Assembly (NCBI GenBank): GCA_016840165.1
Contig: JAEOSU010000037.1
Span: 1-64,000 of the forward strand
DNA length: 64,000 nucleotides
DNA from: Promethearchaeota archaeon
Lineage (GTDB): Archaea > Asgardarchaeota > Lokiarchaeia > Sigyniarchaeales > SOKP01
Direction: 5' to 3'
Below, in pieces: positions 51,680-61,308 of the stretch. The notes beneath the pieces were generated by a model. The model had not been told where the DNA came from and made no database searches. It saw only the letters and a program-made list of their open reading frames with translations. A program made the position numbers and the translations under genes. Positions within the stretch are counted from its first letter, which is position 1; each line of letters opens with the position of its first letter.

Positions 51680-52465
51680 ATGGGTCTGAAAGAAACAACT
51701 GCAAAATGGAGAAAATATGCAGAAATGTCTGATTTGGGCATTATTGTTCGGAGAAAGTTTTTTAATAATTGTTTTGATGGAGCATTAACTTGTGCAGGAA
51801 TTGTAAGCGGTATATTTGTTCTTTTTTTAGCTGGTATCAGTGAAAACACTCCAGGGAATATTGTTGTGTTAGGATTTTCAACAGCATTAGCGATTGGTAT
51901 CAGTGGATTGTGGGGCGCCTTTCTTTCTGAAGAAGCAGAACGAAAAAAAAAAATAATTGATCTTAAAAAAGAGATGGTTATCATTGATCAAGAAGGTGTT
52001 AATGATATACTTGAAAAAGAAAAATTAGACCTGGCAAGAGAAATACTAAAAGAGAGATCCATAGAAAGAGCTATGCTAATTCCACTTAAGAAGAGTAATA
52101 CGGGGGAAAATGAAAAAGCGGTCTTGATTCCTATCCAAAGAAGACCTAAAATGAAAAAAAATGATAAAACTCTTATCGAACAAGCAGAAAATTTCGCAAC
52201 GATAGTAGCTTCTCTTGTGGATGGTGGTGCCCCTGCCTTAGGATCAACTCTGCCTCTCATTCCATTTTTCTTTGGAAGCGAATTAGTTATTTTACACTTT
52301 TTAATTTCGTATGCGATTCTTGTTGGTTTACTTATTTATTTGGGGATATTTTTGGGTAATATTTCAGGTCAAGGGAAATTAAAGTATGCTATACATCTTG
52401 TAACAGCAGGGGTGGTAACACTCTTAGTTTCCTTATTATTAAGTCTTGCAACCGGTAATTTTTAG
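51680..52465 (+). CDS. VIT1/CCC1-family (TIGR00267-like) metal transporter
   Basis: RRKFFNNCFDG.LT..GI, GISGLWGAFLSEEAE, PLIPFF. Confidence 0.82.
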   Translation: MGLKETTAKWRKYAEMSDLGIIVRRKFFNNCFDGALTCAGIVSGIFVLFLAGISENTPGNIVVLGFSTALAIGISGLWGAFLSEEAERKKKIIDLKKEMVIIDQEGVNDILEKEKLDLAREILKERSIERAMLIPLKKSNTGENEKAVLIPIQRRPKMKKNDKTLIEQAENFATIVASLVDGGAPALGSTLPLIPFFFGSELVILHFLISYAILVGLLIYLGIFLGNISGQGKLKYAIHLVTAGVVTLLVSLLLSLATGNF

Positions 52466-52555
52466 TAAAAAGTTGATTCGAAGATTATAATTTCGTAATA
52501 TATCATAGAAAAGTTTAAAATATTCCTTTAAAAGTAAATAATTGGAGTATTTCTA

Positions 52556-53266
52556 TTGAAGATAATCGAAAAAGTAAAAACTTATTCTAGGATAACTAAC
52601 TTATGGGGAGTTGCTCGAAGATATTTTGTAAATAATTTCTATGATGGCATGCTTACAGTATTAGGCATTCTTTTAGGATTTTTTGTGGTTTTACTTAAAG
52701 AAAATTTAGTTATAATAAATAGCAATTTAGTTATTCTTGCGGGATCGGGATCATCGATAAGCATGTTAATATCTGGAATCACTGGATCTTATTTATCAGA
52801 GAGAGCTGAACAAAAAAAAATCAAAGATACTATAAAGAAATCGATGATAATGAATGAAGAATTGGAAATGAATAACATACGCAACCAATCTATTGAAGAA
52901 ATAGAGAAATCGATGCTTATTAAAATTGAAAAGAAACGGAATAGAAAGCGAAATATCTCCCAAAAAGAAAAAAAGCAGATAAAAACCATCCAAGAAAAAG
53001 CAGAAAGATTCGCTAGCATTGTTGTTTCTATAGTTAATGGCTTTTCTCCTTTTTTAGGTGGAATTGTTCCTTTAATCCCATTCATGTTTGTTTCAGAGGC
53101 GGGATTAATGATTTTTGTTGTTTCTTTTTTAATTATTTTAATATGTATTATAATGTTAGGCACGTTCTTAGGTTTAGTTGCCCGGGAATCTATTATTAAA
53201 AACATACTTCAAATGGTATTTGCTTTTTTAATTACTATCATTATTACATTGTTTTTCTTAGGTTAA
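52556..53266 (+). CDS. VIT1/CCC1-family (TIGR00267-like) metal transporter, paralog
   Basis: RRYFVNNFYDG.LT.LGI, SGITGSYLSERAE, PLIPF. Confidence 0.82.
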   Translation: MKIIEKVKTYSRITNLWGVARRYFVNNFYDGMLTVLGILLGFFVVLLKENLVIINSNLVILAGSGSSISMLISGITGSYLSERAEQKKIKDTIKKSMIMNEELEMNNIRNQSIEEIEKSMLIKIEKKRNRKRNISQKEKKQIKTIQEKAERFASIVVSIVNGFSPFLGGIVPLIPFMFVSEAGLMIFVVSFLIILICIIMLGTFLGLVARESIIKNILQMVFAFLITIIITLFFLG

Positions 53267-53347
53267 ATATCGCTTATTTGATTTATAATAAAATTAAAAT
53301 CTTGTTAACCATTTTTAAAATAAAATTAAAAGGAGCATAACTAGATC

Positions 53348-54121
53348 GTGAAGAATTTTATTGGTATTGATATTGGATCCTTAGCAACGAAGATTGTTCT
53401 TATTAACGAGGGGAAATTATTGGATCATAAAACCGAACGATCCACCTATGATTTTAAAAGAGTTGGTCACAATCTATTTGATGATATATTAAAACAGCAC
53501 AATTTAGAGAGAAAGGATGTTTATGTAATGAGTACGGGTTATGGTCGTAATACAATCGATATTGCTGATGACAGAGTGACAGAAATTACAGCTCATGCGC
53601 GTGGAGCACAATATTTCTTTCCAGATGCTGCTTCAGTTATAGATATAGGCGGTCAGGATAGTAAAGCTATTGTAATGTCTAAGAAGACCGGAAGTGTTAT
53701 AGATTTTCAGATGAATGATAAATGCGCAGCAGGAACAGGCAGGTTTTTAGAAGTGATGGCACATGCTTTAGAAGTTCCGATTGATCAATTTGGAGTTTTA
53801 GCATTACAATCTAATAAACCAGCATCGATAAGTTCAACATGTACAGTGTTTGCAGAGAGCGAAGTTATTAGTTTATTTGCCCGGGGGGCTTCTAAACAAG
53901 ATATTGCGAGCGGCATTCATAAATCAATAGCCCGTAGAGTAGCAGGGATGGCAAAAAGAATTGGTGTAGGCCCGAAATTAGTTTTTTGCGGTGGAGTTGC
54001 TAAAAATGATGCCGTTAAAAATTATTTAGAAGAGGAGCTTGGATTTGAAATCATTCGTCCTGAATATCCTCAACTCACCGGAGCAATAGGAGCCGCGATC
54101 ATTGCAGAAGAAAAAAAATAA
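53348..54121 (+). CDS. 2-hydroxyacyl-CoA dehydratase activator (HgdC/HadI-type ASKHA ATPase)
   Basis: GIDIGS..TK, STGYGR, IDIGGQDSK, MNDKCAAGTGRFLE, STCTVFAESE, GGVAKN. Confidence 0.95.
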   Translation: MKNFIGIDIGSLATKIVLINEGKLLDHKTERSTYDFKRVGHNLFDDILKQHNLERKDVYVMSTGYGRNTIDIADDRVTEITAHARGAQYFFPDAASVIDIGGQDSKAIVMSKKTGSVIDFQMNDKCAAGTGRFLEVMAHALEVPIDQFGVLALQSNKPASISSTCTVFAESEVISLFARGASKQDIASGIHKSIARRVAGMAKRIGVGPKLVFCGGVAKNDAVKNYLEEELGFEIIRPEYPQLTGAIGAAIIAEEKK

Positions 54122-54196
54122 AGAGTAAGATACAATTTATAATTCTTAGCTCAATTGACTCTTTTTGATTGATTAACTATATATATTCCAATTAAA

Positions 54197-55339
54197 ATGC
54201 AAGCATTAGAGATTTTCGAGGAATTTTCTCTTTATTTAAAAGAGATGAAAAGCAAGGGGAAAAAAGTAATAGCATTTATCTCGCATGATAATATTCCTGA
54301 GGAATTAATAGACGCTGCCGGATTTATTCCATTACGGTTGATTTTCGCAGGAAATGATGAATTAATGGATGCGAGTCATGATTATTTACCCCCATCTACC
54401 TGTGCTTTTGCGCAAACTTGTATCGGTCTTTTTGCTTTAAAACCTCGTCAATTTGATTTTTTAGATTTAATAGATTATTTTATCGTATCTAATCATTGTG
54501 TATCAGATATATGTGCTTCTGAAGTTATATGTAAGTATTTTAATATTCCTCGATTAAATTTTTACATCTCTTACATAAGAAATAGCAATAGTGAGAAATA
54601 CTTTCGGTTAGAAATCTTGGAATTTAGAAAGAAATTAGAGGAAATTAAGAATTCAGTAATATCTGATGAGGCAATAATTGAAAGTATTAAGAAATACAAT
54701 GAATTCAGAAAATTCCTTGAAACTTTAAATAATTTAACTATTCAAGGAAGTCTAAAACTAAAACTCATGCAGAAGGCTTTTTTATTTGGACCTAAAATCA
54801 TCCCAGAACTAAAAGATTTTATCAATTCCAATAATAATTTAAGAGCACAATCGTCCAATTCGAAAGATCTCTTACTTACGGGATGTTCAATCTTCATGAA
54901 CGATATATTAATCGATTTAATCAAAGAAGGAGGAGGAAATATTATATTTTTTGATTCTTGGATTGGATCCAATTATTATTCGCAACAATTTGATAATAGT
55001 GCTTTTGAGAATACACAAAAACCAATTGATTTATTAGCCTCTCGATATATAAACAATATTTATGGCGATCATTGTGTGCCGAATTTTTTAGAAAATAAAA
55101 TCGCTCAAATTGAACAGATCTACAGGAAGTATAAGGAAAAAACGGGGAAAAGATTAGGAGTGATAAACCATATCATAAAATTTTGTGATCATATGTCTCT
55201 CATGTCATCCTTTTTTAAAAATAAATTACAAGAAAAGGGTATTCAAGTACTAAATATCGAACGTGATTATTCAAGAGCCAATCGAGGTCAATTGTCGACT
55301 CGTATTGAAGCTTATTTGGAGATGGGTGATTCAGAATGA
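54197..55339 (+). CDS. 2-hydroxyacyl-CoA dehydratase subunit (HGD-D family)
   Basis: PEELI.AAG..P, three Cys (STC, NHC, KFCD), GQL.TRIEAYLE. Confidence 0.9.
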   Translation: MQALEIFEEFSLYLKEMKSKGKKVIAFISHDNIPEELIDAAGFIPLRLIFAGNDELMDASHDYLPPSTCAFAQTCIGLFALKPRQFDFLDLIDYFIVSNHCVSDICASEVICKYFNIPRLNFYISYIRNSNSEKYFRLEILEFRKKLEEIKNSVISDEAIIESIKKYNEFRKFLETLNNLTIQGSLKLKLMQKAFLFGPKIIPELKDFINSNNNLRAQSSNSKDLLLTGCSIFMNDILIDLIKEGGGNIIFFDSWIGSNYYSQQFDNSAFENTQKPIDLLASRYINNIYGDHCVPNFLENKIAQIEQIYRKYKEKTGKRLGVINHIIKFCDHMSLMSSFFKNKLQEKGIQVLNIERDYSRANRGQLSTRIEAYLEMGDSE

Positions 55340-56688
55340 GTTTAATTGCAGATGAAATCGTTAGATTCTCCTCAGTATTAAAAATAGCTTATAATTTCTT
55401 GACAGGAAGAGCATATTTAAAACGAAAAAAGTTTAGGGAAAAACAAAAATTAGTGTCAGTACCACTTCCGTTTTCGGATTTGCCTTTCGCTGCGGGAACG
55501 GTACCAGTTTTTCCGATCAGGATGCATAATTTTAAGATAAATCAATATCTTACCTATTTAGGGACTGCTTCGAATATTTTTGGATGGAAAGGAGTATCGA
55601 ATTTTTTAAGTTTTGTGAAGAACCTTGGGATTAGTGAAGTGAGTAAAATTGTTGATGATATTATCGAAGATGTCATCCGAGAAATTAATGAAAAATATAA
55701 CGAAATGTATGACATCGGTATAGAGGGGGGGATTTCAAGTGATTTCTGTTATGGCCTAAAAAGTCTTGTAGGTATGAATTTATCAAAAAGTCGCAATGTT
55801 GACGCGTATATGAATGTCACTATTCGATGCAGTGCCTTCAATAAATACTTAGAATCATTAAGTGCTATAAATAATGAACCGCGCCCAATTTGGATCGATA
55901 TTCCTCCTAGAAATATAGGTAATGCTTTAGAATTATTAACAGATAACGTATCACACGCTTTAAGTGATTTTGAGCAGTTAACTGGGAATACCATATCAGA
56001 CAATATGTTAAGAAATCATTTTAATATCAGTAATCAAGTAAAGCGTGCTTACAACACCATTATTTATGATATTAGTGCCTCTGATTTTTATCCATGTAAT
56101 CCTGCAACTTTTAGCGAAATCATGTCTTTATTAAACATTACATTTATTGATTATAACTCTAATGCAACTCGTTATAGAGATAATATGAATTCGTTAGTGA
56201 ATGAGATGCGAGAAAGGATCAGGAAACATATCGGAATGGATGTCTCTGATATGCCACGAATCTTTGTCACCCCTATCTTTGGTGGATGGGAACCAAAAAC
56301 TCATGACTATATTTATGAGTTAGGAGGAAGGGCACTTTACGCTGATTGGGGGCTATTAAAATTACTTGAAGAGTTACCTATTTCACCTAGTAATAATCCA
56401 GTAGAAGAATATGCACGATTTCTTTTGAATGCCACACAAACAGGAATTGGTTGTGATAATGACAAACTGACGGATTCATATCTTCGTATGGCAAAAGAAT
56501 TGAATGCTGATGGTGTAGTTTTTATTCAATTGTTTGGTTGTCATTCGATTTCTAATTGTTATCGAATGTTAAGAGACAAAGTAAGAAAAGAATTAGAGAT
56601 TCCTATAACCGCGATTACTTTTAATAAAATTGGAGAGAATATCGAACAAGTGAAAACTCGTATTGGGGCTTTTATGGAGATGTTTTAA
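55336..56688 (+). CDS. 2-hydroxyacyl-CoA dehydratase subunit (HGD-D family)
   Basis: DFCY, IRCS, FGCH, Q.KTRI.AF.E; ATGA overlap with the previous gene. Confidence 0.85.
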   Translation: MSLIADEIVRFSSVLKIAYNFLTGRAYLKRKKFREKQKLVSVPLPFSDLPFAAGTVPVFPIRMHNFKINQYLTYLGTASNIFGWKGVSNFLSFVKNLGISEVSKIVDDIIEDVIREINEKYNEMYDIGIEGGISSDFCYGLKSLVGMNLSKSRNVDAYMNVTIRCSAFNKYLESLSAINNEPRPIWIDIPPRNIGNALELLTDNVSHALSDFEQLTGNTISDNMLRNHFNISNQVKRAYNTIIYDISASDFYPCNPATFSEIMSLLNITFIDYNSNATRYRDNMNSLVNEMRERIRKHIGMDVSDMPRIFVTPIFGGWEPKTHDYIYELGGRALYADWGLLKLLEELPISPSNNPVEEYARFLLNATQTGIGCDNDKLTDSYLRMAKELNADGVVFIQLFGCHSISNCYRMLRDKVRKELEIPITAITFNKIGENIEQVKTRIGAFMEMF

Positions 56689-56780
56689 GAGCAATCTGTC
56701 ATTATTGTGTTTAGAAGGGAATTAATAATTTTTAACAAATCCGAATCTTTACTTGGTAGGTTATTTGGAGATTTTTTCTT

Positions 56781-57170
56781 TTGAATTTAACTATCAGAAA
56801 AGGTGAAAAAAGATTGAATGATAAAGATACTGAGAGTAAAAATGTATTTGTTTATGGTACTTTACAGCATGGAGAAAGTAGAAACAATGTACTTGAGAAT
56901 TTAGAATATGAAAAAGCAACATTGCCAAAACATAGAAAAGTCTCTCCTCCTACTTTAGGATTTCCATTCATAATTTTTGATGAAGATTGCGAAGTAAAAG
57001 GGGAGGTATATTATAATATAGATTCAGAATTGCTTAAAACTTTAGATTCGATTGAAGGTGAAGGTTCATTATATCATAGAATTGTTGTTGAAGTCCTAAC
57101 TCATATGGGAGAAAAGGTTAAAGCCTATACTTATTATCCATCTGATATATTAGTAAATAAATATTTGTAA
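56781..57170 (+). CDS. Gamma-glutamylcyclotransferase (AIG2-like)
   Basis: VFVYGTL, V.GEVY, LD.IEG...LY.R, AYTY. Confidence 0.9.
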   Translation: MNLTIRKGEKRLNDKDTESKNVFVYGTLQHGESRNNVLENLEYEKATLPKHRKVSPPTLGFPFIIFDEDCEVKGEVYYNIDSELLKTLDSIEGEGSLYHRIVVEVLTHMGEKVKAYTYYPSDILVNKYL

Positions 57171-57187
57171 GGTGAGAGATTAAATCA

Positions 57188-57919
57188 ATGGAAGAAAGTA
57201 ATGTAGAAAAAGATGTAGATGAGAATCAAATCCTACTAATTGATAATTACTCTTATGGTTTTCCCACAGATCGAATAAAGAGGATTGAAACCATTGTTAA
57301 TGATTGTATGGCGGATGTGACACTTAAAATAATTCATTATAGTCAATTCAACTATGAATCTGCTAAAAATTACATCGGAATTGTTTTATCGGGTTCAGAT
57401 CTAAATGTTTCCAGTTTTTATTACCATAATAAACTTAAAAAACGTTTTGAAGAAGAATTAAAATTAATTCGATGTATTGAGCAAACTCCGATACTCGCTA
57501 TATGTTTTGGGATTCATTTAGTTGCTTATACTTATGGTGCTCAAGTCTGCCGAATGAGGATACCAGGCTTAGTTGGAGATATCATCTTCTTAGTAATTAA
57601 AGAGACTGATGTATTAATTACTCATCTTAATTTTCCGGTAGATCTACATCATCGCGATTTTGTATCTCCTAATGATTGCGAAGTTCAAAAAAACTTTGAT
57701 ATTAAATCAATTTCTAGAACAAAAGGGTATAGAATTGTACAATATATGTCTCATAAATCCAAGCCCATCTATTCAATCCAATTTCATCCCGAAACCCATA
57801 ATCCCCTCTACTTTCATTCAGGTCTCTTTGATGAGAGGATAATAAATAAAGTAAGGATTATTGGCAAAGAAATTATTGAAAATTTCTTATGGATGTGCCT
57901 CTATAAAAGAAATTATTAA
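57188..57919 (+). CDS. Class I glutamine amidotransferase-like protein
   Basis: LIDNY, VLSGS, PILAICFG (Cys), IQFHPE (His-Glu). Confidence 0.88.
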   Translation: MEESNVEKDVDENQILLIDNYSYGFPTDRIKRIETIVNDCMADVTLKIIHYSQFNYESAKNYIGIVLSGSDLNVSSFYYHNKLKKRFEEELKLIRCIEQTPILAICFGIHLVAYTYGAQVCRMRIPGLVGDIIFLVIKETDVLITHLNFPVDLHHRDFVSPNDCEVQKNFDIKSISRTKGYRIVQYMSHKSKPIYSIQFHPETHNPLYFHSGLFDERIINKVRIIGKEIIENFLWMCLYKRNY

Positions 57920-57952
57920 AAATTCTTTTATATTGATTTTATTTTCCGAATA

Positions 57953-58957
57953 TTATTTCTCTTCCAATTTTCTTTTTAGCTCTTCCTTTTCTTCTTCAAG
58001 TTCTTCAATTTTCTTTTCACGTCTTTTAATTTTCTGTTGTGCAATGGTAATTCCTTGTAGACTTAATAACTTTTTAACAAAAATAATCGATGCTATAACT
58101 ATACCTATTAGATAAAAAAGCTCAGCAGTCCAATAGAAGTTAGAAAGATTAGTATAAACTGAAAGGTTCAAAAATGGTAAGATCAATGTAATTATTCCAA
58201 TAAAGACCAAAGATATTAGCAATGATATTCTTTCATATGCCTTAATCTTGCTTCGAAAGAATATGTAAACTCTTAACCAAAAGATAATACATATCAATGT
58301 AATAGGAGTAAATATAATAGAACCGATTCCTATTATCAATAGAAAGTTCAAAGCAAACTTTTTTCTCCATAAATCTAATATTTCCTTAGTTGTCATTTGA
58401 ACTTGAACTTGAGCACTTGCATATTCTTTTCTCAATTCAAAATATTTCTTCTTGATTCGTCTCGCGACTCGCTTAGCGCCTTTTTTCCACCAGCTTAATT
58501 TGCCTAATTCTGCTGCTTCTGTAATTTCATCCCTAATTATTGGTAAGATGTAAAGGTTCAATAATAAAGAGAGTATACCATAGAAGTATAATAGCAAATC
58601 AAACCAAAACCAAAAGCCTGTTTGAGTTATAATTGTTTTACTAATGTAACTTATGACGACTTTATACGTAGCATAACCAATTAAAATTAAAGGAACTACA
58701 ATTTGAATAATATTAAAGATTGTTAATTCTTTCTCACCAAATTTATCCTTGAATTTTTTTAGAACTATTAAAAAAACATTAGCAATACTCAGTAAGAGTC
58801 CAAAACCGGATAAAAATTTAACAGCCCAGAAAAAAACTAGCAAGAATGTGTCTAAATAAAACAAGTCAAAAGTAAGGTTTAGTATCATAAAGATTAATGA
58901 TACCGATAAAGCAATGAAATAAATTAATCTATATAACTTTTCATTCATGATTATCAC
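57953..58957 (-). CDS. Multi-pass membrane protein with C-terminal coiled coil
   Basis: About 7-8 hydrophobic segments, basic central loop. Confidence 0.7.
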   Translation of the reverse strand: MIIMNEKLYRLIYFIALSVSLIFMILNLTFDLFYLDTFLLVFFWAVKFLSGFGLLLSIANVFLIVLKKFKDKFGEKELTIFNIIQIVVPLILIGYATYKVVISYISKTIITQTGFWFWFDLLLYFYGILSLLLNLYILPIIRDEITEAAELGKLSWWKKGAKRVARRIKKKYFELRKEYASAQVQVQMTTKEILDLWRKKFALNFLLIIGIGSIIFTPITLICIIFWLRVYIFFRSKIKAYERISLLISLVFIGIITLILPFLNLSVYTNLSNFYWTAELFYLIGIVIASIIFVKKLLSLQGITIAQQKIKRREKKIEELEEEKEELKRKLEEK

Positions 58958-59101
58958 TTCTATCTATATTAAAACTTTGCAACAATTAAATATTTAGAAG
59001 ATTTTTAAAATATTTTAAGATTTCAAAAGAAAAGGGTAGAGAGAAAGAAAAAAACATAAAATAATGATTTATTTTAATTATAATAGTAGTAATGAAAATA
59101 A

Positions 59102-59287
59102 TTGACTAAAAAAGAGGTGATAAATACGAGAAGAGGAGGAAAGGGAAGAGGGGGTGGTCCGTATGCTGCAGGGCCAGGGGGCAATTGTGTTTGCCCAAAT
59201 TGTGGTTATCAAAAGCCACATCAAACGGGTGTACCTTGTATGAATGAAGTATGCCCAAAATGTGGTACAAGAATGACTAGAAAATGA
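59102..59287 (+). CDS. Small Gly/Cys-rich metal-binding protein (start possibly ACG at 59126)
   Basis: GPGGNCVCPNCG..PH..GVPC....CPKCG..M.R. Confidence 0.8.
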   Translation: MTKKEVINTRRGGKGRGGGPYAAGPGGNCVCPNCGYQKPHQTGVPCMNEVCPKCGTRMTRK

Positions 59288-59411
59288 AAAATACTTAAGG
59301 TAATTTTGGAATAGGAATTTATCCTTAGTTTCCAAATTAACTAATAATTTCAACAGATTTCAAATCTATATGATTTATTAAATCTACAAAAAAAATAAAA
59401 AATTATTAAAT

Positions 59412-59519
59412 TTAATTAGAATGGTGCTTTTCGGCATGTTCTTTCATTTTTTTCTTAGCTTCAGCTTCATCTTTTCCCATGAATGACATACCACATTTAG
59501 GACATTTTAGTTCTACCAT
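59412..59519 (-). CDS. 35-aa C2H2-type zinc-finger microprotein (absent from the ORF track)
   Basis: MVELKCPKCGMSFMGKDEAEAKKKMKEHAEKHHSN*: CxxC...HxxxH. Confidence 0.75.
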   Translation of the reverse strand: MVELKCPKCGMSFMGKDEAEAKKKMKEHAEKHHSN

Positions 59520-59743
59520 ATACAACACTTTCCTCTTTTATTTATAATATTTTAATTTATTAAATTATCATAGGTTTAATTTCAATTGAGTTTATTAAAT
59601 ATTTTCTACATAAACTATTTATAATTTCGAAATTTCAACTCTATTTAATAAGTGGAATTAGAAAAAAGGTATTAGAATCTTTTTTAAAAAAAAAAAAAGA
59701 ATTTTAAGAAGCTATAAAAATAAGTGTATTACAGTTTATTTGA

Positions 59744-60040
59744 TCACTCACCTAAGAGTTCTTGGACTTCTTTTTTTCCGTCTTCAAGCTCTTCTTGTTG
59801 TTGCTTATCCAGTTTCAATAATAGATATTGGAACTCTCCGACATGCTCTTTTTCTTCTTTTGCGATATCCAAAAGGACCATCTTCAAATGCTTGTTTTCG
59901 GTCATGTTTGCCATTTGCTCGTAAAGATTAATTGCATCTAATTCGGCGAGGATTCCAAACCGCAAAATTTGCTTATCGATATCTTCTTTTCTTACTTTTT
60001 CTAACATAATTGGTACATTTGCCAACGTCATATTGATCAT
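59744..60040 (-). CDS. Short ferritin-like/rubrerythrin-family protein (Flp-type)
   Basis: R..ILAELDAINLYEQ.A...DIAKEEKEHVGEF (ExxH). Confidence 0.9.
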   Translation of the reverse strand: MINMTLANVPIMLEKVRKEDIDKQILRFGILAELDAINLYEQMANMTENKHLKMVLLDIAKEEKEHVGEFQYLLLKLDKQQQEELEDGKKEVQELLGE

Positions 60041-60204
60041 CTCGTTATATTGGAAAGTTATATCAATATCTAATATGATTAGGTCTATAATAAAATCTTG
60101 TGTTTTAACTCATTAATCACATTTCTATAAAATTTATGATTTTTAGGAAATTTTTCGACTAAATTCTTCATAACTAATAATAATCGAAATTGAGTAAAGA
60201 TTTT

Positions 60205-61308
60205 TTAATTAATTGGTATCTGTTGTTCAGCTCCCATATTAATTAATTCTTCAGATGTGATTCTTCTCTTAATATATTCTTCTAATTTTAATTTATTAAT
60301 TGTTCTGCCTAGGCTTTTGAAATCCATTCCACAGAGTATTGAAGATAAGTTTATTATGGAATCAATAATAGGTGTATTGATACCTAAAAATTCGGCTAAG
60401 GAAGAAATTGTCACTAATCCTGTTGGTACATCCTCAGTGAAATATCTTGTTACTAATCTTTTAGGTACGATAATATCCTTATATGCTATGATTTCTTGAA
60501 TTACATCGTACATGCATTTTCCACTTACGCCATAAGAATTTTTTGCCCATTTACAGAAGTTAATTTGTTTTAGACCTAAAATATGCATAATTTTATTGAT
60601 TTCTATTTGAATTCTCTCAAGTACTTCACATGTTCTTTTAGTCGCGCCTTCAGAATAGAATTTAAATTCTTTTCCAATATCTATTATTCCAGAGTTTAAG
60701 ACTGAAAGAGTTGGATGAAGTAGCATTCCTATATTATTTAGGGTCATTTCAAGATAATCATCAACGGGAACTAATTGTGGAAAAATCTCATGTAGAGTGT
60801 CATAAACAAAAAATGTATATTTTTCAGGATAAGCCGAAAATTGAACAGAATCCTTGATTTTAAGAATTTGAACCCCATTTTTTTTTAACTGTCTCGAAGT
60901 AAATAATAAAGTTTGTGTTTCCGCGACAAAAACTGGAAAAGAACCGATTTCTTCTTTTATAGTTTGTGAAAATTCAATCGCTCCAAAGGTTCTTCCAGGA
61001 TTTAAAAGGATGATTTGATCTTTTGTTAAGAAATGGGCTATTTTTTGAGCGATATCCTTGTGGGCAGAGGCAGGAGTCACCACTAAGATAACATCTGCTT
61101 TCTTTAAAGCATAATCTAATCTTTGGGTAATTATATTTAATGGAAAGTATCCTTTAATTTCTCCTTTTGACTTTACTCCTCCTTTTTTTTTAATATCTGC
61201 GATTCTTGAAAAAGACCTATTATATAAATTCACAGGATGTCCCTTTGAGGATAAGTATGCAGCAAAGGCACGTCCTCCGTTTCCAGCACCTATGATACTA
61301 AATTTCAT
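60205..61308 (-). CDS. NAD(P)-dependent opine (octopine/nopaline) dehydrogenase family
   Basis: IIGAGNGG.A.A, NPGRTFGA, AETQTL, N.G..LHP, FYSEG.T, RY.TEDVPTGL, G.DF...GRT. Confidence 0.92.
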   Translation of the reverse strand: MKFSIIGAGNGGRAFAAYLSSKGHPVNLYNRSFSRIADIKKKGGVKSKGEIKGYFPLNIITQRLDYALKKADVILVVTPASAHKDIAQKIAHFLTKDQIILLNPGRTFGAIEFSQTIKEEIGSFPVFVAETQTLLFTSRQLKKNGVQILKIKDSVQFSAYPEKYTFFVYDTLHEIFPQLVPVDDYLEMTLNNIGMLLHPTLSVLNSGIIDIGKEFKFYSEGATKRTCEVLERIQIEINKIMHILGLKQINFCKWAKNSYGVSGKCMYDVIQEIIAYKDIIVPKRLVTRYFTEDVPTGLVTISSLAEFLGINTPIIDSIINLSSILCGMDFKSLGRTINKLKLEEYIKRRITSEELINMGAEQQIPIN

